Source: Mycobacteriales bacterium
GTDB lineage: Bacteria > Actinomycetota > Actinomycetes > Mycobacteriales > SCTD01
Direction of reading: 5' to 3'
DNA length: 64,000 nt
NCBI GenBank assembly: GCA_046590985.1
Contig: JBKJVH010000121.1
Location: 8,148-72,147, forward strand
The position numbers were made by a program, and so were the translations under genes. The notes beneath the pieces were generated by a model, which saw only the letters and a program-made list of their open reading frames with translations, ran no database searches and was not told where the DNA came from. Below, piece by piece: positions 42,205 through 52,380 of the stretch (positions are counted from its first letter, which is position 1; each line of letters begins with the position of its first letter).

Positions 42205-44119
42205 GGCTGGCCTCCTGCACGGACACGCCGGTCGGGGTGCCGGTGGACGGGGTGCGTCGCTGCGCCCGGAGCCAGTGCCCGAGCTTGGACATCTGGCCGC
42301 CGAGGCCGTCGGGGTCCCGGCCGATGCTGACCGCGGCCAGCCCGGTGAAGAGGTAGTCGAGCTGCACCTTGTCGGGGATGAAGGTCAGCTTCTCCTTCAG
42401 CACCGGGGTGATGCCGATGACGAGGGCGCCGAACATCGCGCCGGTGATGGTGTTGATGCCGCCGACCCTGACCGCGAGCAGCAGCGCGAGGCTGGCCAGC
42501 ACCGCGAAGTCCTTGAAGCCCACCAGGCCCTGCATCCCGCCGTACAGGCCGCCGGCGACGCCCGCGATGCCGGCCGAGGCCGCGAAGACGACGACCTTGG
42601 TGATGGTGGTGTTGACCCCGAGGGTGGCGCAGGCCGCGGGGGAGTCGTTGAGGGCGGTGAGCTGCCGTCCCCAACGGCCGCGGCGGACGGCGAGGACGCC
42701 GACGGCGGCTACCGCGAAGATGACCACCGTGACGACGAAGAAGGTCGACTCGGAGTTGGTGTCGATCCCCGGCAGCGAGACCCTCTTGACCTCGAGGTTG
42801 CCGCCGGTGCCCAGGTGGAAGTTGAAGAAGCCCTCGTCCATGCCCTTCGCGAAGGCGAACGTCGCAAGGGCCAGGTAGAGCCCACGCAGCCGGGCTGTGA
42901 TGAGCGCGATGACGGTCCCGGCCGCCGCGGCCAGCAGGCCGGCGTACAGCAGTCCGATGGGGGAGCGATCCACGAACGTGCCCATCGCGAAGGCGCCCAT
43001 GCCGACGAACGTCAGCGCGCACAGCGAGGTCTGGCCGCTGTAGCCGGTGAGGAGCACGAGGGACAGCAGGGTCAGCGCCAGGATGGCGACGCGCGACCCG
43101 ACCAGCAGGTTCGCCGAGGACAGCGCGCCGGCGAGCACGACCGCCATGACGACCAGTCCGCCCGCGCCGGCGAGGGACTGCTTCAGGCCGGGCACGGTCG
43201 GCGCCACGCGGGCCGCCGCGCTGGAGGTGCGGAGCCGGCCGGCCGGGATGAACAGCAGCAGCACGCCCAGGAAGATCATGGGCACCGCCTTGGTGAGCTC
43301 GTCCGCGGTCTTGCTGAAGAACGGCACATGCGGGGCGAGGTAGACCGGGTAGAGCTGCACGATCAAGCCCAGCACGATGCCGCCGACCGCCGTGCGCGGC
43401 AGGCTCTTGAGGCGGCCGAACAGCGCCGCGGCATAGCCGTTGATGACGAGCAGCGTGAGGATCGTCGCGTTCAGCCCGGCGGTCGGAGCGATGAGGATGG
43501 TGGACAGGCAGGCCAGCGACGCGCCGATCGACCAGGACAGCTGCTGGATGCGGGCCGGTGAGACCCCCGCCATGGCGCACAGGTCAGGGTCGTCGACGAC
43601 GCCGCGCATGGCGATGCCGATGCGGGTCTTGGTGAACAGCGTGCGCAGTCCGAGGGCCACTCCGAACGCGGCCACCACGATGAGGATCTGCGTGTAGGTG
43701 ACGTTGACACCGAGGACGTCGATGGGCTTGCTGCCGCGGAAGAACTCCGGGAGAACGCGTGACTGCGACCCGTCCCAGATGAAGTTGGCGGCGCCGAGCA
43801 GGAACAGCAGCAGGCCGAGGGTGATGACCAGCGTGACGTCCACCGACGCCCCGTGCAGCGGTCGGATCACCGCTCGCTCGATCCCGGCGCCGAGCAAAGG
43901 CGCCAGCACGAACAGCACCACGAACAACGCGACGAGCACCGGCCAGTGCCACTTCACCGTGAGCTGCCAGTAGGTGAACGCGCCGATCATCCCGATGGCG
44001 CCGTGCGCGAAGTTGAAGATGCCTGAGGTCGTGTAGGTGACGACCAGGCCCGTGGCGCTCAGCGCATACACGCAGCCGGTGACGATCCCGACGACGAGCA
44101 GTCCGAGGAACGCTTCCAT
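42191..44119 (-). CDS. Fused LivH-LivM type ABC permease
   Basis: 642 aa. The N-terminal half is LivH-like (GIVTGCVYALSATGLVVTYTTSGIFNFAHG) and the C-terminal half LivM-like (LLTGYSGQTSLCALTFVGMGAF). Confidence 0.85.
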   Translation of the reverse strand: MEAFLGLLVVGIVTGCVYALSATGLVVTYTTSGIFNFAHGAIGMIGAFTYWQLTVKWHWPVLVALFVVLFVLAPLLGAGIERAVIRPLHGASVDVTLVITLGLLLFLLGAANFIWDGSQSRVLPEFFRGSKPIDVLGVNVTYTQILIVVAAFGVALGLRTLFTKTRIGIAMRGVVDDPDLCAMAGVSPARIQQLSWSIGASLACLSTILIAPTAGLNATILTLLVINGYAAALFGRLKSLPRTAVGGIVLGLIVQLYPVYLAPHVPFFSKTADELTKAVPMIFLGVLLLFIPAGRLRTSSAAARVAPTVPGLKQSLAGAGGLVVMAVVLAGALSSANLLVGSRVAILALTLLSLVLLTGYSGQTSLCALTFVGMGAFAMGTFVDRSPIGLLYAGLLAAAAGTVIALITARLRGLYLALATFAFAKGMDEGFFNFHLGTGGNLEVKRVSLPGIDTNSESTFFVVTVVIFAVAAVGVLAVRRGRWGRQLTALNDSPAACATLGVNTTITKVVVFAASAGIAGVAGGLYGGMQGLVGFKDFAVLASLALLLAVRVGGINTITGAMFGALVIGITPVLKEKLTFIPDKVQLDYLFTGLAAVSIGRDPDGLGGQMSKLGHWLRAQRRTPSTGTPTGVSVQEASLVHG

Positions 44120-44123
44120 GTCG

Positions 44124-45677
44124 TCAGGCCGCCGGGAAGTAGGTGCCGGAGCAGTCGAAGCCCTTGGCGGGCTGGATGCGCTTGAACACGCCGCCCTGCA
44201 CCTGGGCCAGCAGGTAGCAGGACGCGGGTTTCTTGCCGGCTGGGTTGGCCGGCGCCAGCAGCCCGCTGCCGTCGAAGCTGGTGATGCCGTTCAACGCGGC
44301 GATCAAGCCCTTCCGGGTCGCCTTCGGCCCGGCCTTCTTCAGAGCCTGGACGAACAGCTCCGCGGAGGTCCAGCCGTACACGGCGAAGATGTCCTTGGTC
44401 TGGCTCTTGTCGACCTGGTTCATCCAGGTCTGGAACTGACCCACAGCCGGGACGCGGGAGGCTTCGTCGGGGTTGAAGAACAGCGCGAACTGCTGGTCGT
44501 TGAACACGCCCTCGGCGTTGGCGCCGGCCTGCTTCAGGAAGTTCGAGTCGTACGCGGTGGCCCCGAAGATGATGGGCCAGTCCTTGCTGCCGCTCTGGCC
44601 CTTGAGGGCGTTGACGAGCCGGGCGGTGGTGGCGCCGTCCGTGGTGTTGACGTAGATCATCTGGACGCCGTTGCTCTTCATCTTGATGACGGTGCCGGTG
44701 AAGTCGGTGTCGGTGGCGCCGTACGGCTCGTCGTAGGCGACGTGCCCACCGGAGTGGTCGATGGCCTTCTTGGTGTTGTTCCAGATGGTGGGGCCGGTGC
44801 CGACATTGGCGTAGATCGCGCCGATGTGCTCCCAGGCGGCGCCGTACTTCTTCTTGTTGTAGTCGAGCGGCCCGGTGCGCCAGCCGCCCCCGAGGGGCGC
44901 GGTGCTGTAGTTCGACTTCAGCTTCTGGGTCTGGAGCCCGAGCGCGTTGGAGACATCCGGGACCTCCAGGTGCTGTGAGAGCACCTGGGTGCCGCAGTCG
45001 TCGTACAGGGAGAAGCTGCCGACGAAGGCGAACACCGAACCGATGCGCGACTGGGTCTGGGACTTGTTCTGGCCGCAGTCGAGCTGGCTGTCGCCGAAGT
45101 TGACGTTGATCTGCCGACCGTTCACGCCGCCCTGGCTGTTGATCATCGCGAAGTAGGCCTGGGTGCCGACGATCGCGCCCTTGAACAAGCCAGGGACCGG
45201 GCCGGAGGCGTCCGCGATGTTGCCGACGGTGATGCTGTTCGCGGTCACCCCGACGTCAGTGGCGCCGCCGTTGCCGGCCGCGCCTGCGGTGGTGCCGCCG
45301 GCGCTCGTGCCGCCCGTCGTGCCACCTGTGGCGCCGCCTCCGGGTTTGGTCCCGGTGGTCGTGCCACCGGTGGTCCCGAGCGCGCCGGTCGTCCCTCCTG
45401 TCGTACCGAGCGCACCGGTCGTGCCACCGGTCGCGCTGCCGCCGGTCGCACCACCGGACGAATCGCCTGTGGTGCTCCCTTGCCCTGAGCCGGCACCACC
45501 CCGGCCGAGGGCCTGATCGGCGGCTGCCTGACGCAGCGAGGCGTTGACGCGCGCTCCGCAGCCGGTGAGGGTGAGCACCCCCACAACAGCCAAAGCGACG
45601 AGCGGTGAACGTCGGGTCACAGGTCGGGTCCTTTCCGCGCGGGGGAGGGTGTGTCGGCGGTGTTGCACCACCGTCAC
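44124..45677 (-). CDS. LIV-type ABC substrate-binding lipoprotein with a long Gly/Thr linker
   Basis: Lipobox LTLTGCGA, then about 85 aa of G/T/A/S repeats ([10 protein letters not shown] twice). The periplasmic-binding fold follows ([17 protein letters not shown] ... [15 protein letters not shown]). Confidence 0.85.
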   Translation of the reverse strand: MTVVQHRRHTLPRAERTRPVTRRSPLVALAVVGVLTLTGCGARVNASLRQAAADQALGRGGAGSGQGSTTGDSSGGATGGSATGGTTGALGTTGGTTGALGTTGGTTTGTKPGGGATGGTTGGTSAGGTTAGAAGNGGATDVGVTANSITVGNIADASGPVPGLFKGAIVGTQAYFAMINSQGGVNGRQINVNFGDSQLDCGQNKSQTQSRIGSVFAFVGSFSLYDDCGTQVLSQHLEVPDVSNALGLQTQKLKSNYSTAPLGGGWRTGPLDYNKKKYGAAWEHIGAIYANVGTGPTIWNNTKKAIDHSGGHVAYDEPYGATDTDFTGTVIKMKSNGVQMIYVNTTDGATTARLVNALKGQSGSKDWPIIFGATAYDSNFLKQAGANAEGVFNDQQFALFFNPDEASRVPAVGQFQTWMNQVDKSQTKDIFAVYGWTSAELFVQALKKAGPKATRKGLIAALNGITSFDGSGLLAPANPAGKKPASCYLLAQVQGGVFKRIQPAKGFDCSGTYFPAA

Positions 45678-47590
45678 GGGCTAAGGATGCCCGCTTCGAG
45701 CAGCATGCGCAGGACGTTTGCCGAAGCCGCTTCGGCCGACATCTCCGCAGTCGGCAGCCGGAGCTCTGGCTGTTCGGGGGCCTCGTAGGGAGAGTCCAGA
45801 CCGGTCACGTTGACGGCTTCACCGGCGGCGGCCTTGCGGTACAGGCCTTTGGGGTCGCGCTCCTGCACGACGGACAGCGGCGCGTCGACGAAGATCTCGA
45901 AGAACTCGCCGTCCTCCAGTCGTGCCCGCACAGCGTCCCGTTCAACCCGGTACGGGGAGACGAGCGTGACCAGGACGATCAGGCCGGCGTCGACCATGAG
46001 ACGGGCGACTTCCCCGACGCGCCGGATGTTCTCGACGCGGTCCTCCGGGGTGAAGCCGAGGTCCTTGGACAGGCCGTGTCGGATGTTGTCGCCGTCGAGC
46101 AGGTAGGTGTGCCGGCCCTGGGCGAACAGCTGCTTCTCGACCAGGTTCGCGATGGTCGACTTCCCCGAGCTGGGGACGCCGGTGAACCACAGCACGCAGG
46201 GCTGCTGGCCCTTCAACGCGACGTGCGCGGCCTTGCTGACGTCGGTGGCCTGCCAGTGCACGTTGTCCGACCCGCGAACAGCCTTGGTGAGCAGGCCGGC
46301 GCCGACGGTGTTGTTGGTCAGCCGGTCGATCAGGATGAAGCCGCCCATGTCGCGGTTGGCGGTGTAGGCGTCGAACGGCACGGGGCGGTCGAGGCTGACG
46401 GTGCAGACCCCGATCTCGTTCAGGGCCAGCGTGTCGGCGGGCTGCTGCTCCATGGTGTTGACGTCGACCTTGTGGTCGGGCTTGCTCACGGTCGCGGTGA
46501 CGGTCCGGGCGCCGATCTTGAGCAGGTAGGGCCGGCCGGGCTGCAGGTCGGTCTCGCCCATCCAGATGACGGTGGCCTCGAAGACGTCGGCGACCTCGGG
46601 GGAGTCCTCCGCCGCGGCGAGGACGTCACCGCGGCTGACGTCGACCTCATCGGTGAGGGTGAGGGTCACCGACTGGGGCGCGACGGCCCGGATGAGGTCG
46701 CCGTCCATGGTGACGATCCGCGCGACGGTGCTGACCCGGCCGGAGGGCAGGACCCGGACCTGGTCGCCGGGTCGGACGGTGCCGCCGGCGAGCTGACCGG
46801 CGAAGCCGCGGAAGTCCAGGTCCGGCCGCGACACCCACTGCACCGGCATCCGGAACGGGCCGTGCTGCAGCTCCTCGAAGTTCGGCACCACCTCCAGGTG
46901 CCCGAGCAGCGTCGGGCCGGTGTACCAGGGGGTGTTCTCGCTCCGGACCAGGACGTTGTCGCCCTTCAGGGCGGAAGTGGGGATGGTGACGATGTCGGTC
47001 AGCCCGATCCCTGCGGCGAACTCGCGGTACTCGGCGTCGATCCGGTCGACAACCTCCTGGCTGTAGTCCACCGCGTCGATCTTGTTCACCGCCAGCACGA
47101 CCTTGGTGATGCCCAGGAGCGACACCAGGAAGCTGTGCCGTCGAGTCTGCGTGAGCACTCCCCGGCGGGCGTCGATGAGGATGATCGCCAGGTCCGCCGT
47201 CGAGGCGCCGGTGACCATGTTGCGGGTGTACTGCTCGTGACCGGGGGTGTCGGCCACGATGAACTTGCGCTTCTCGGTGGAGAAGAAGCGGTAGGCCACA
47301 TCGATCGTGATGCCCTGCTCCCGCTCCGCCGCGAGGCCGTCGACGAGCAGGGCCAGGTCGAGCTCGCCGCCTTGGGTGCCGGAGGTCTTGCTGTCGTGGT
47401 GCAGCGCGGCGAGCTGGTCCTCGAACACCATCTGCGACTCGTACAGCAACCGACCGATCAAGGTGGACTTGCCGTCGTCGACCGAGCCGCAGGTGATGAA
47501 CCGCAGCAGGCTCTTGTGCTCGTGCTCGTGGAGGTAGGCCTCGATGTCGGAGGCGATCAGGTCCGAAGAGGCGTCCTTGTAGGTGCTCAC
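45674..47590 (-). CDS. cysNC: Bifunctional sulfate adenylyltransferase subunit 1 / adenylylsulfate (APS) kinase
   Basis: GTPase G1 motif [16 protein letters not shown] and DTPGHEQY. C-terminal APS kinase P-loop [19 protein letters not shown] 47590 overlaps the cysD stop by 1 nt. Confidence 0.9.
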   Translation of the reverse strand: MSTYKDASSDLIASDIEAYLHEHEHKSLLRFITCGSVDDGKSTLIGRLLYESQMVFEDQLAALHHDSKTSGTQGGELDLALLVDGLAAEREQGITIDVAYRFFSTEKRKFIVADTPGHEQYTRNMVTGASTADLAIILIDARRGVLTQTRRHSFLVSLLGITKVVLAVNKIDAVDYSQEVVDRIDAEYREFAAGIGLTDIVTIPTSALKGDNVLVRSENTPWYTGPTLLGHLEVVPNFEELQHGPFRMPVQWVSRPDLDFRGFAGQLAGGTVRPGDQVRVLPSGRVSTVARIVTMDGDLIRAVAPQSVTLTLTDEVDVSRGDVLAAAEDSPEVADVFEATVIWMGETDLQPGRPYLLKIGARTVTATVSKPDHKVDVNTMEQQPADTLALNEIGVCTVSLDRPVPFDAYTANRDMGGFILIDRLTNNTVGAGLLTKAVRGSDNVHWQATDVSKAAHVALKGQQPCVLWFTGVPSSGKSTIANLVEKQLFAQGRHTYLLDGDNIRHGLSKDLGFTPEDRVENIRRVGEVARLMVDAGLIVLVTLVSPYRVERDAVRARLEDGEFFEIFVDAPLSVVQERDPKGLYRKAAAGEAVNVTGLDSPYEAPEQPELRLPTAEMSAEAASANVLRMLLEAGILSP

Positions 47591-48492
47591 TAGAAGTACC
47601 CCTCCTGCTTCTTCATCTCCATCGACGCCTTGCTGTCGTGGTCGATCAGCCGGCCCTGCCGCTCGGAGGTGGTGGCGAGCAGCATCTCCTGGATGATCGC
47701 CGGCAGGGTGTCCGCCTCGGACTCGATCGCCCCGGACAGCGGATAGCACCCCAACGTCCGGAACCGGACCTTGCGCAGCATCGGCTCCTCACCCGGCAGG
47801 AACCGGAACCTGTCGTCGTCGACCATGATCAGCGTCCCGTCGCGGTCCACCACCGGCCGCTCCGCGGCGAAGTAGAGCGGCACGATCTCGATGCCCTGCT
47901 GGCTGATGTACTGCCACACGTCGAGCTCGGTCCAGTTGGAAAGCGGGAAGCACCGGACGCTCTCGCCCTGCTGCACCCGGGCGTTGTAGAGCCGCCACAG
48001 CTCAGGGCGCTGCTGCTTGGGGTCCCAGCGGTGCTCCTTGGTGCGGACGCTGAAGATCCGCTCCTTCGCCCGGGACTTCTCCTCGTCGCGCCGCGCTCCA
48101 CCGAAGGCGAGGTCGTACCCACCCTCGGACAGCGCCTGCTTGAGGCCCTCGGTCTTCCACACGTCGGTGTGCACCGCAGAGCCGTGGTCGAACGGGTTGA
48201 TGCCGAGCCGTACCGCCTCGGGGTTCTTGTGCACGATCAGATCCGCACCCAGCTCACGAGCCTTGGCGTCCCGGAGCCGGTACATGTCCTGGAACTTCCA
48301 GGTCGTGTCCACGTGCAACAACGGGAACGGCAGCTTGCCGGGGAAGAACGCCTTCTGGGCCAGGTGCAGCATCACGGCGCTGTCCTTGCCGATGCTGTAG
48401 AGCATCACCGGCTTCTGCGACTCCGACACGGCATCACGCAGGATGCTGATCGACTCCGCCTCGAGCCGTTGCAGGTGGGTGAGGGTGGTCAT
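47590..48492 (-). CDS. cysD: Sulfate adenylyltransferase subunit 2
   Basis: [18 protein letters not shown]-loop, [10 protein letters not shown], and the C-terminal [10 protein letters not shown]. Confidence 0.95.
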   Translation of the reverse strand: MTTLTHLQRLEAESISILRDAVSESQKPVMLYSIGKDSAVMLHLAQKAFFPGKLPFPLLHVDTTWKFQDMYRLRDAKARELGADLIVHKNPEAVRLGINPFDHGSAVHTDVWKTEGLKQALSEGGYDLAFGGARRDEEKSRAKERIFSVRTKEHRWDPKQQRPELWRLYNARVQQGESVRCFPLSNWTELDVWQYISQQGIEIVPLYFAAERPVVDRDGTLIMVDDDRFRFLPGEEPMLRKVRFRTLGCYPLSGAIESEADTLPAIIQEMLLATTSERQGRLIDHDSKASMEMKKQEGYF

Positions 48493-49226
48493 GCGGTGAC
48501 TCCGGCGCAGATCTCGATGGCGGTCTGCGCGAACTCGGGTCGGCAGATGAGCAGGTCAGGAAGGTAGGGGTTCTCGCGGTTGTAGATCAGCGGCGAACCG
48601 TCCAAGCGGCTCACGTGCAAGCCGGCAGCAGCCGCGACCGCCACCGGCGCGGCACTGTCCCACTCGTACTGCCCGCCGCTATGAGCGTAGATCTCCACCT
48701 CGCCGAGCACGACGGCCATCGCCTTCGCACCCGCAGAGCCCATCGGCACGAGCACCCCGCCGAGGTGCTCGGCGAGCACCGTGGAGTGCGCCGTCGGGCG
48801 GGTACGGCTCACCGCAAGCCGGGGGGAGGCTGGGGCGGGGCCGAGGACGGGGAGCGGGGAACCCGTGCTCAGCGTCAGCCCCAGGGCGGGCAGCGCGACC
48901 GCCCCGATCGTGGCGATCCCGTCGACGCACAACGCGACGTGCACGGCCCAGTCGGTGCGGTCGGGCTCGGCGTACTCCCGGGTGCCGTCCAGCGGATCGA
49001 CGATCCACACCCGGGACATCACGAGCCTCGCCGGGTCCGCTGCGCCCTCCTCGCTCAAGACCCCGTCGCGGGGCGCACGCCGGGACAGCTCGGCCATCAG
49101 GTGCAGATGCGCCTCGCGGTCGCCGGCGTCCTTCAACGCGCTCCCTTGCAGGCCTTGGTCGCGCAGTGCCAGGAGCAGCTCGCCGGCGGACGTGGCGAGG
49201 TCCTTCGCTATCTGGTGGTCGCTCAC
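48489..49226 (-). CDS. cysQ: 3'(2'),5'-bisphosphate nucleotidase
   Basis: Inositol-monophosphatase-fold motifs [18 protein letters not shown] and WDSAAP. ATGA and GTGA overlaps on both sides. Confidence 0.85.
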   Translation of the reverse strand: MSDHQIAKDLATSAGELLLALRDQGLQGSALKDAGDREAHLHLMAELSRRAPRDGVLSEEGAADPARLVMSRVWIVDPLDGTREYAEPDRTDWAVHVALCVDGIATIGAVALPALGLTLSTGSPLPVLGPAPASPRLAVSRTRPTAHSTVLAEHLGGVLVPMGSAGAKAMAVVLGEVEIYAHSGGQYEWDSAAPVAVAAAAGLHVSRLDGSPLIYNRENPYLPDLLICRPEFAQTAIEICAGVTA

Positions 49227-49828
49227 GCGGCGTTCACCTCGATGACGCCCAGCGCCCGCTGGAGCAGCAGGGGGAGGTCCTTGCCGCCGTCGGAGGCGAG
49301 CCAGGTGTCCAGGCAGATCCGGACCGCCGACATGGTCAACGCGCCCACCAGCCGGGGCCGTGGGTCATCGGGGGTCAGGTCGTCGAAGCGGTGCGTCACC
49401 GAGGCGGCGATGGCCTTCTCGAAGCGGACGTACACATGCAGGGTCCAGGCCTGCAGTCCCGGCGAGGCGACAGCCATCCGCGCCTGCTGCAGGACGAGCT
49501 GGGCGCCGGCGTCGTCCAGCACCGGCTCGAAGCCCCGGAAGGTCTCGCGAACGGCGGTCATGGCGTCGAGATGGCTGGGTTGGGCGTCGAGGTTGTCGAT
49601 GAGCAGCTGCAGCCAGGGGACGCTGAACCCCTCGGCGACCGCGACCTCCTTGGCGTCGAAGTACCGGAAGAAGGTCGCCCGGCCGACCTCGGCTGCCGCG
49701 GCGATGTCGTCGATCGTGGTGGCGGCGACGCCCTTCTCGGAGGCGAGCCGGGCGGCCTCGTCGGCGATGCGGGCGTGCGTCGCCAGCCGCTTGCGCTCGC
49801 GCAGGCCGACCTCCGACATCTGAGACAT
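49223..49828 (-). CDS. TetR-family transcriptional regulator (first gene of the chain)
   Basis: HTH segment GVAATTIDDIAAAAEVGRATFFRYF. Confidence 0.9.
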   Translation of the reverse strand: MSQMSEVGLRERKRLATHARIADEAARLASEKGVAATTIDDIAAAAEVGRATFFRYFDAKEVAVAEGFSVPWLQLLIDNLDAQPSHLDAMTAVRETFRGFEPVLDDAGAQLVLQQARMAVASPGLQAWTLHVYVRFEKAIAASVTHRFDDLTPDDPRPRLVGALTMSAVRICLDTWLASDGGKDLPLLLQRALGVIEVNAA

Positions 49829-49834
49829 AGTCCC

Positions 49835-49840
49835 AAGTTA
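49835..49840 (-). promoter_or_regulatory. Candidate -10 hexamer TAACTT positioned for a leaderless TetR transcript
   Basis: The minus strand reads TAACTT GGGACT ATG, so the hexamer spans -12 to -7 relative to the A of the start codon. There is no Shine-Dalgarno sequence, and the 47 nt gap is locally AT-richer. Confidence 0.3.
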
Positions 49841-49875
49841 GACGAAATCTCGCGTCCCTGCCAGCCCCCCTGCTG

Positions 49876-51273
49876 TCACGACAGCGCCACGAGCTCGTCG
49901 AGGGCGGGCTTGAGCAGGGACATCAGGTGGTGGACGTCCGGCAGGTTGTCCGGGCAGGTGATGGCCGAGAAGCTCATCTTGCCCTGGTAGGACCAGACGG
50001 TGATGTTCAGCGAGATGCCCTCCAGGATCGGGCCGACGCTGAACAACGCGTCCAGCGTCGCACCCCCGATGTGCAGGGTGACCGGTGGCCCGGGGACGTT
50101 GGACACCACCAGGTTGAACGGGCTGGCGTGGTGGTCGGCGACCTTGAACCGCGAGTAGCTCCGGTTGAAGGCGCTGAACGCCGCGGGTGGGGCGAACTGG
50201 TAGAAGTCCTCGTAGATCTCGAGCCCGAGCTTGCGCTGTACGAGCTTGGACTCGGTCGTGGTGGCCGAGATGGCCTTGAGGCGGGCGATCGGGTCGGCGA
50301 TGTCGGTGTGCAGGGAGGTGAACAGGTTCGACACCCGGTTCCCGATGAGCCGGACCCCCTCGGAGCCGTCGTCGGTCGCGACCGGGACGCCCGCCGTCAG
50401 GCTCGAGGCCACCGTCTCGCCGTGCGAGGCGAACCAGGCGTTCATCGTGCCGGCGACGACCCCGAGGACCGTGTCGTTGAGCGTCACGCCGTGGGCGGAC
50501 TTCACCGTGCGGAAGTCCTCGAACGGCAGCACCGCGGTCGCGAAGGACCGGCGTGCGGTGATGGCGCCGTTGAACGAGGTCCGTGGGGTGTCCTTGATCG
50601 GCTTGGGCACGGCGATGGTGGACGTCCGCTTGTGCAGCTGGGTCTCGCGCACGTTCCTCGCCGTCTTGGCCAGCACCGCAGGCAGCTTGGTCAGCTGCAC
50701 GAACCAGGCGAATACCCCGGCTCGGAACAGCTCCCACCCGGTCGGCGTCCGCTCGCCCTGCCAGGACTCGGTCGCCGCCTCGGGTACGGCATGCGGCACC
50801 TCGTCCATGATGTTCGCGAGCAGCGCGTTCGCGGCGCCGCCGTCGGCGAGCGAGTGGTGCATCTTGGTCACGACGGCGATCCGGCCGTCTGCCATCCCCT
50901 CGCAGACGTGGATCTCCCAGAGCGGTCGGGACCGGTCGAGGGGGGTGCTGGCGATCAGGCCGATCAACTCCTCGAGCTCGCGCATCCCTCCCGGAGCCGG
51001 TACGGCGTCCCGCCGCACGTGCTGGCTCTGGTCGAAGTCGCGGTCCTCGACCCAGACCGGGTGGTGGAGCTGGAACGGCACCTGCACGACCCGGCGGCGG
51101 AACTGCGGCAGCAGGTGCAGCCGCGCCGCGAGCTCGTCCTGCAGCAGCCCGAAGGAGTAACCGGCCGGGACCGTCGAGACGTCGAGCAGCGCGATCTTGA
51201 GGGTGTGCATGTGGAGGGTGGGCGTCTCCATGTACAGGTAGCTCGCGTCCGCACCCGTCAGCCGCTCGACCAC
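49876..51273 (-). CDS. Wax ester synthase / diacylglycerol acyltransferase (WS/DGAT)
   Basis: Canonical HHSLADG catalytic motif, the N-terminal DASYLYMETP opening, and the C-terminal NVPGPP. Confidence 0.9.
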   Translation of the reverse strand: MVERLTGADASYLYMETPTLHMHTLKIALLDVSTVPAGYSFGLLQDELAARLHLLPQFRRRVVQVPFQLHHPVWVEDRDFDQSQHVRRDAVPAPGGMRELEELIGLIASTPLDRSRPLWEIHVCEGMADGRIAVVTKMHHSLADGGAANALLANIMDEVPHAVPEAATESWQGERTPTGWELFRAGVFAWFVQLTKLPAVLAKTARNVRETQLHKRTSTIAVPKPIKDTPRTSFNGAITARRSFATAVLPFEDFRTVKSAHGVTLNDTVLGVVAGTMNAWFASHGETVASSLTAGVPVATDDGSEGVRLIGNRVSNLFTSLHTDIADPIARLKAISATTTESKLVQRKLGLEIYEDFYQFAPPAAFSAFNRSYSRFKVADHHASPFNLVVSNVPGPPVTLHIGGATLDALFSVGPILEGISLNITVWSYQGKMSFSAITCPDNLPDVHHLMSLLKPALDELVALS

Positions 51274-51277
51274 CGTC

Positions 51278-52228
51278 CTACGTCCTCACGTCCGCGCGGG
51301 GTTGCCGGGGGACTCGTGCGGACGTCACGGGGCGGCGGGCGACCACGGACGCGAGTCCCTCGAGCAGCGCCGGCCCGAAGGCGTGGGACTTCAGGACGAG
51401 GGACGAGTGCCCCCCCTCCAGCTCGACGACGTGGGCGTCGGGCAGGGCCGCGGCCAGCTTGCGCTGCCGGCGTTCCGGGATGGTGTGGTCCTTGGTGGTC
51501 ACGACCACGCTCGCCGGCACCGAGGCCTCGCCGATCCAGGGAGCGGAGTTGAAGCCGCCGAGGGCCGCCAGCACGGCTGGCATCGCCCAGGCGCTCGTGC
51601 TCCGGAACTCAATGAGCCCCCACCCGGCGTCCGAGGAGTCGGTGGAGGGGATCTCGGGAAGCACCGCGTGCACCCGGTCGCCGCGGCCTCGGCAGACCGG
51701 GGTGAGCGGCTTCATCGCGGCCGACATGACCGGGAAGAACAATCGCTCGCGCCGGGTGCCCCGGAAGTTGCGGGCAGTCGCGCACAGCACCAGCCCGGCG
51801 ACCCGCTCCGGGTGCCGCTGCCACATCAGCTGCGCGATCGCACCGCCCATCGAGTAGCCGACGGGAATGCAGGTGTCGATGCCCAGCACGTCGAGCAGGG
51901 TGGCGGCGTCGTCGGCGCAGTCCTCGAACGTGAAGCGGGGGGAGCGAATGCCGCGGCCGTGCCAGCGCTGGTCGAGGGTCACGACGCGGTAGTGCTGCGA
52001 CAGCTGCTCCAGCACGGGGTACCAGCTGAGGTAGGCGGTGCACCCCAGCGCGTGCAGCAGCACGATGGTCGGGGCGCCTTCCGGGCCGGGGACGTCGACG
52101 ACGAACGTCTGACCCCGCCCGGGCAGCTCGACCATCCGACCCTCGGGCACGGACGGCACGCTCGGTGGCGTCACCAGCTTGCGCAGGAGCGGACCGACGG
52201 TCCGCCGTACGGCTGTTCTCGTGCTCAT
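51278..52228 (-). CDS. Alpha/beta-fold hydrolase
   Basis: HALGCT and a GYSMGG nucleophile elbow. 316 aa. Lies 4 nt upstream of the WS/DGAT. Confidence 0.8.
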   Translation of the reverse strand: MSTRTAVRRTVGPLLRKLVTPPSVPSVPEGRMVELPGRGQTFVVDVPGPEGAPTIVLLHALGCTAYLSWYPVLEQLSQHYRVVTLDQRWHGRGIRSPRFTFEDCADDAATLLDVLGIDTCIPVGYSMGGAIAQLMWQRHPERVAGLVLCATARNFRGTRRERLFFPVMSAAMKPLTPVCRGRGDRVHAVLPEIPSTDSSDAGWGLIEFRSTSAWAMPAVLAALGGFNSAPWIGEASVPASVVVTTKDHTIPERRQRKLAAALPDAHVVELEGGHSSLVLKSHAFGPALLEGLASVVARRPVTSARVPRQPRADVRT

Positions 52229-52380
52229 GCGGCTCTCCTCGAGGGCTCGGACCTTGGACCCGCTGAACGAGAACAGGTTACAGATTTGTCAGCCTTGCGC
52301 AGCCGAACTCGCTACGAGGTGGGGGAAGTCCCAGTGGTCAGGACTCGGGTCCGGTCGTTCCCCCCGGGCGGCGGGGCAGA

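Noticed and set aside
42081-43580. 499-aa minus-strand ORF and the 42197-43561 plus-strand ORF
   Set aside because: Both are alternative frames of the LivH-LivM permease gene. The permease frame is hydrophobic and family-typical, while these are Arg/Gly/Pro-rich.
45605-47593. 662-aa plus-strand ORF
   Set aside because: It is antisense to cysNC, which has clear GTPase and APS-kinase motifs.
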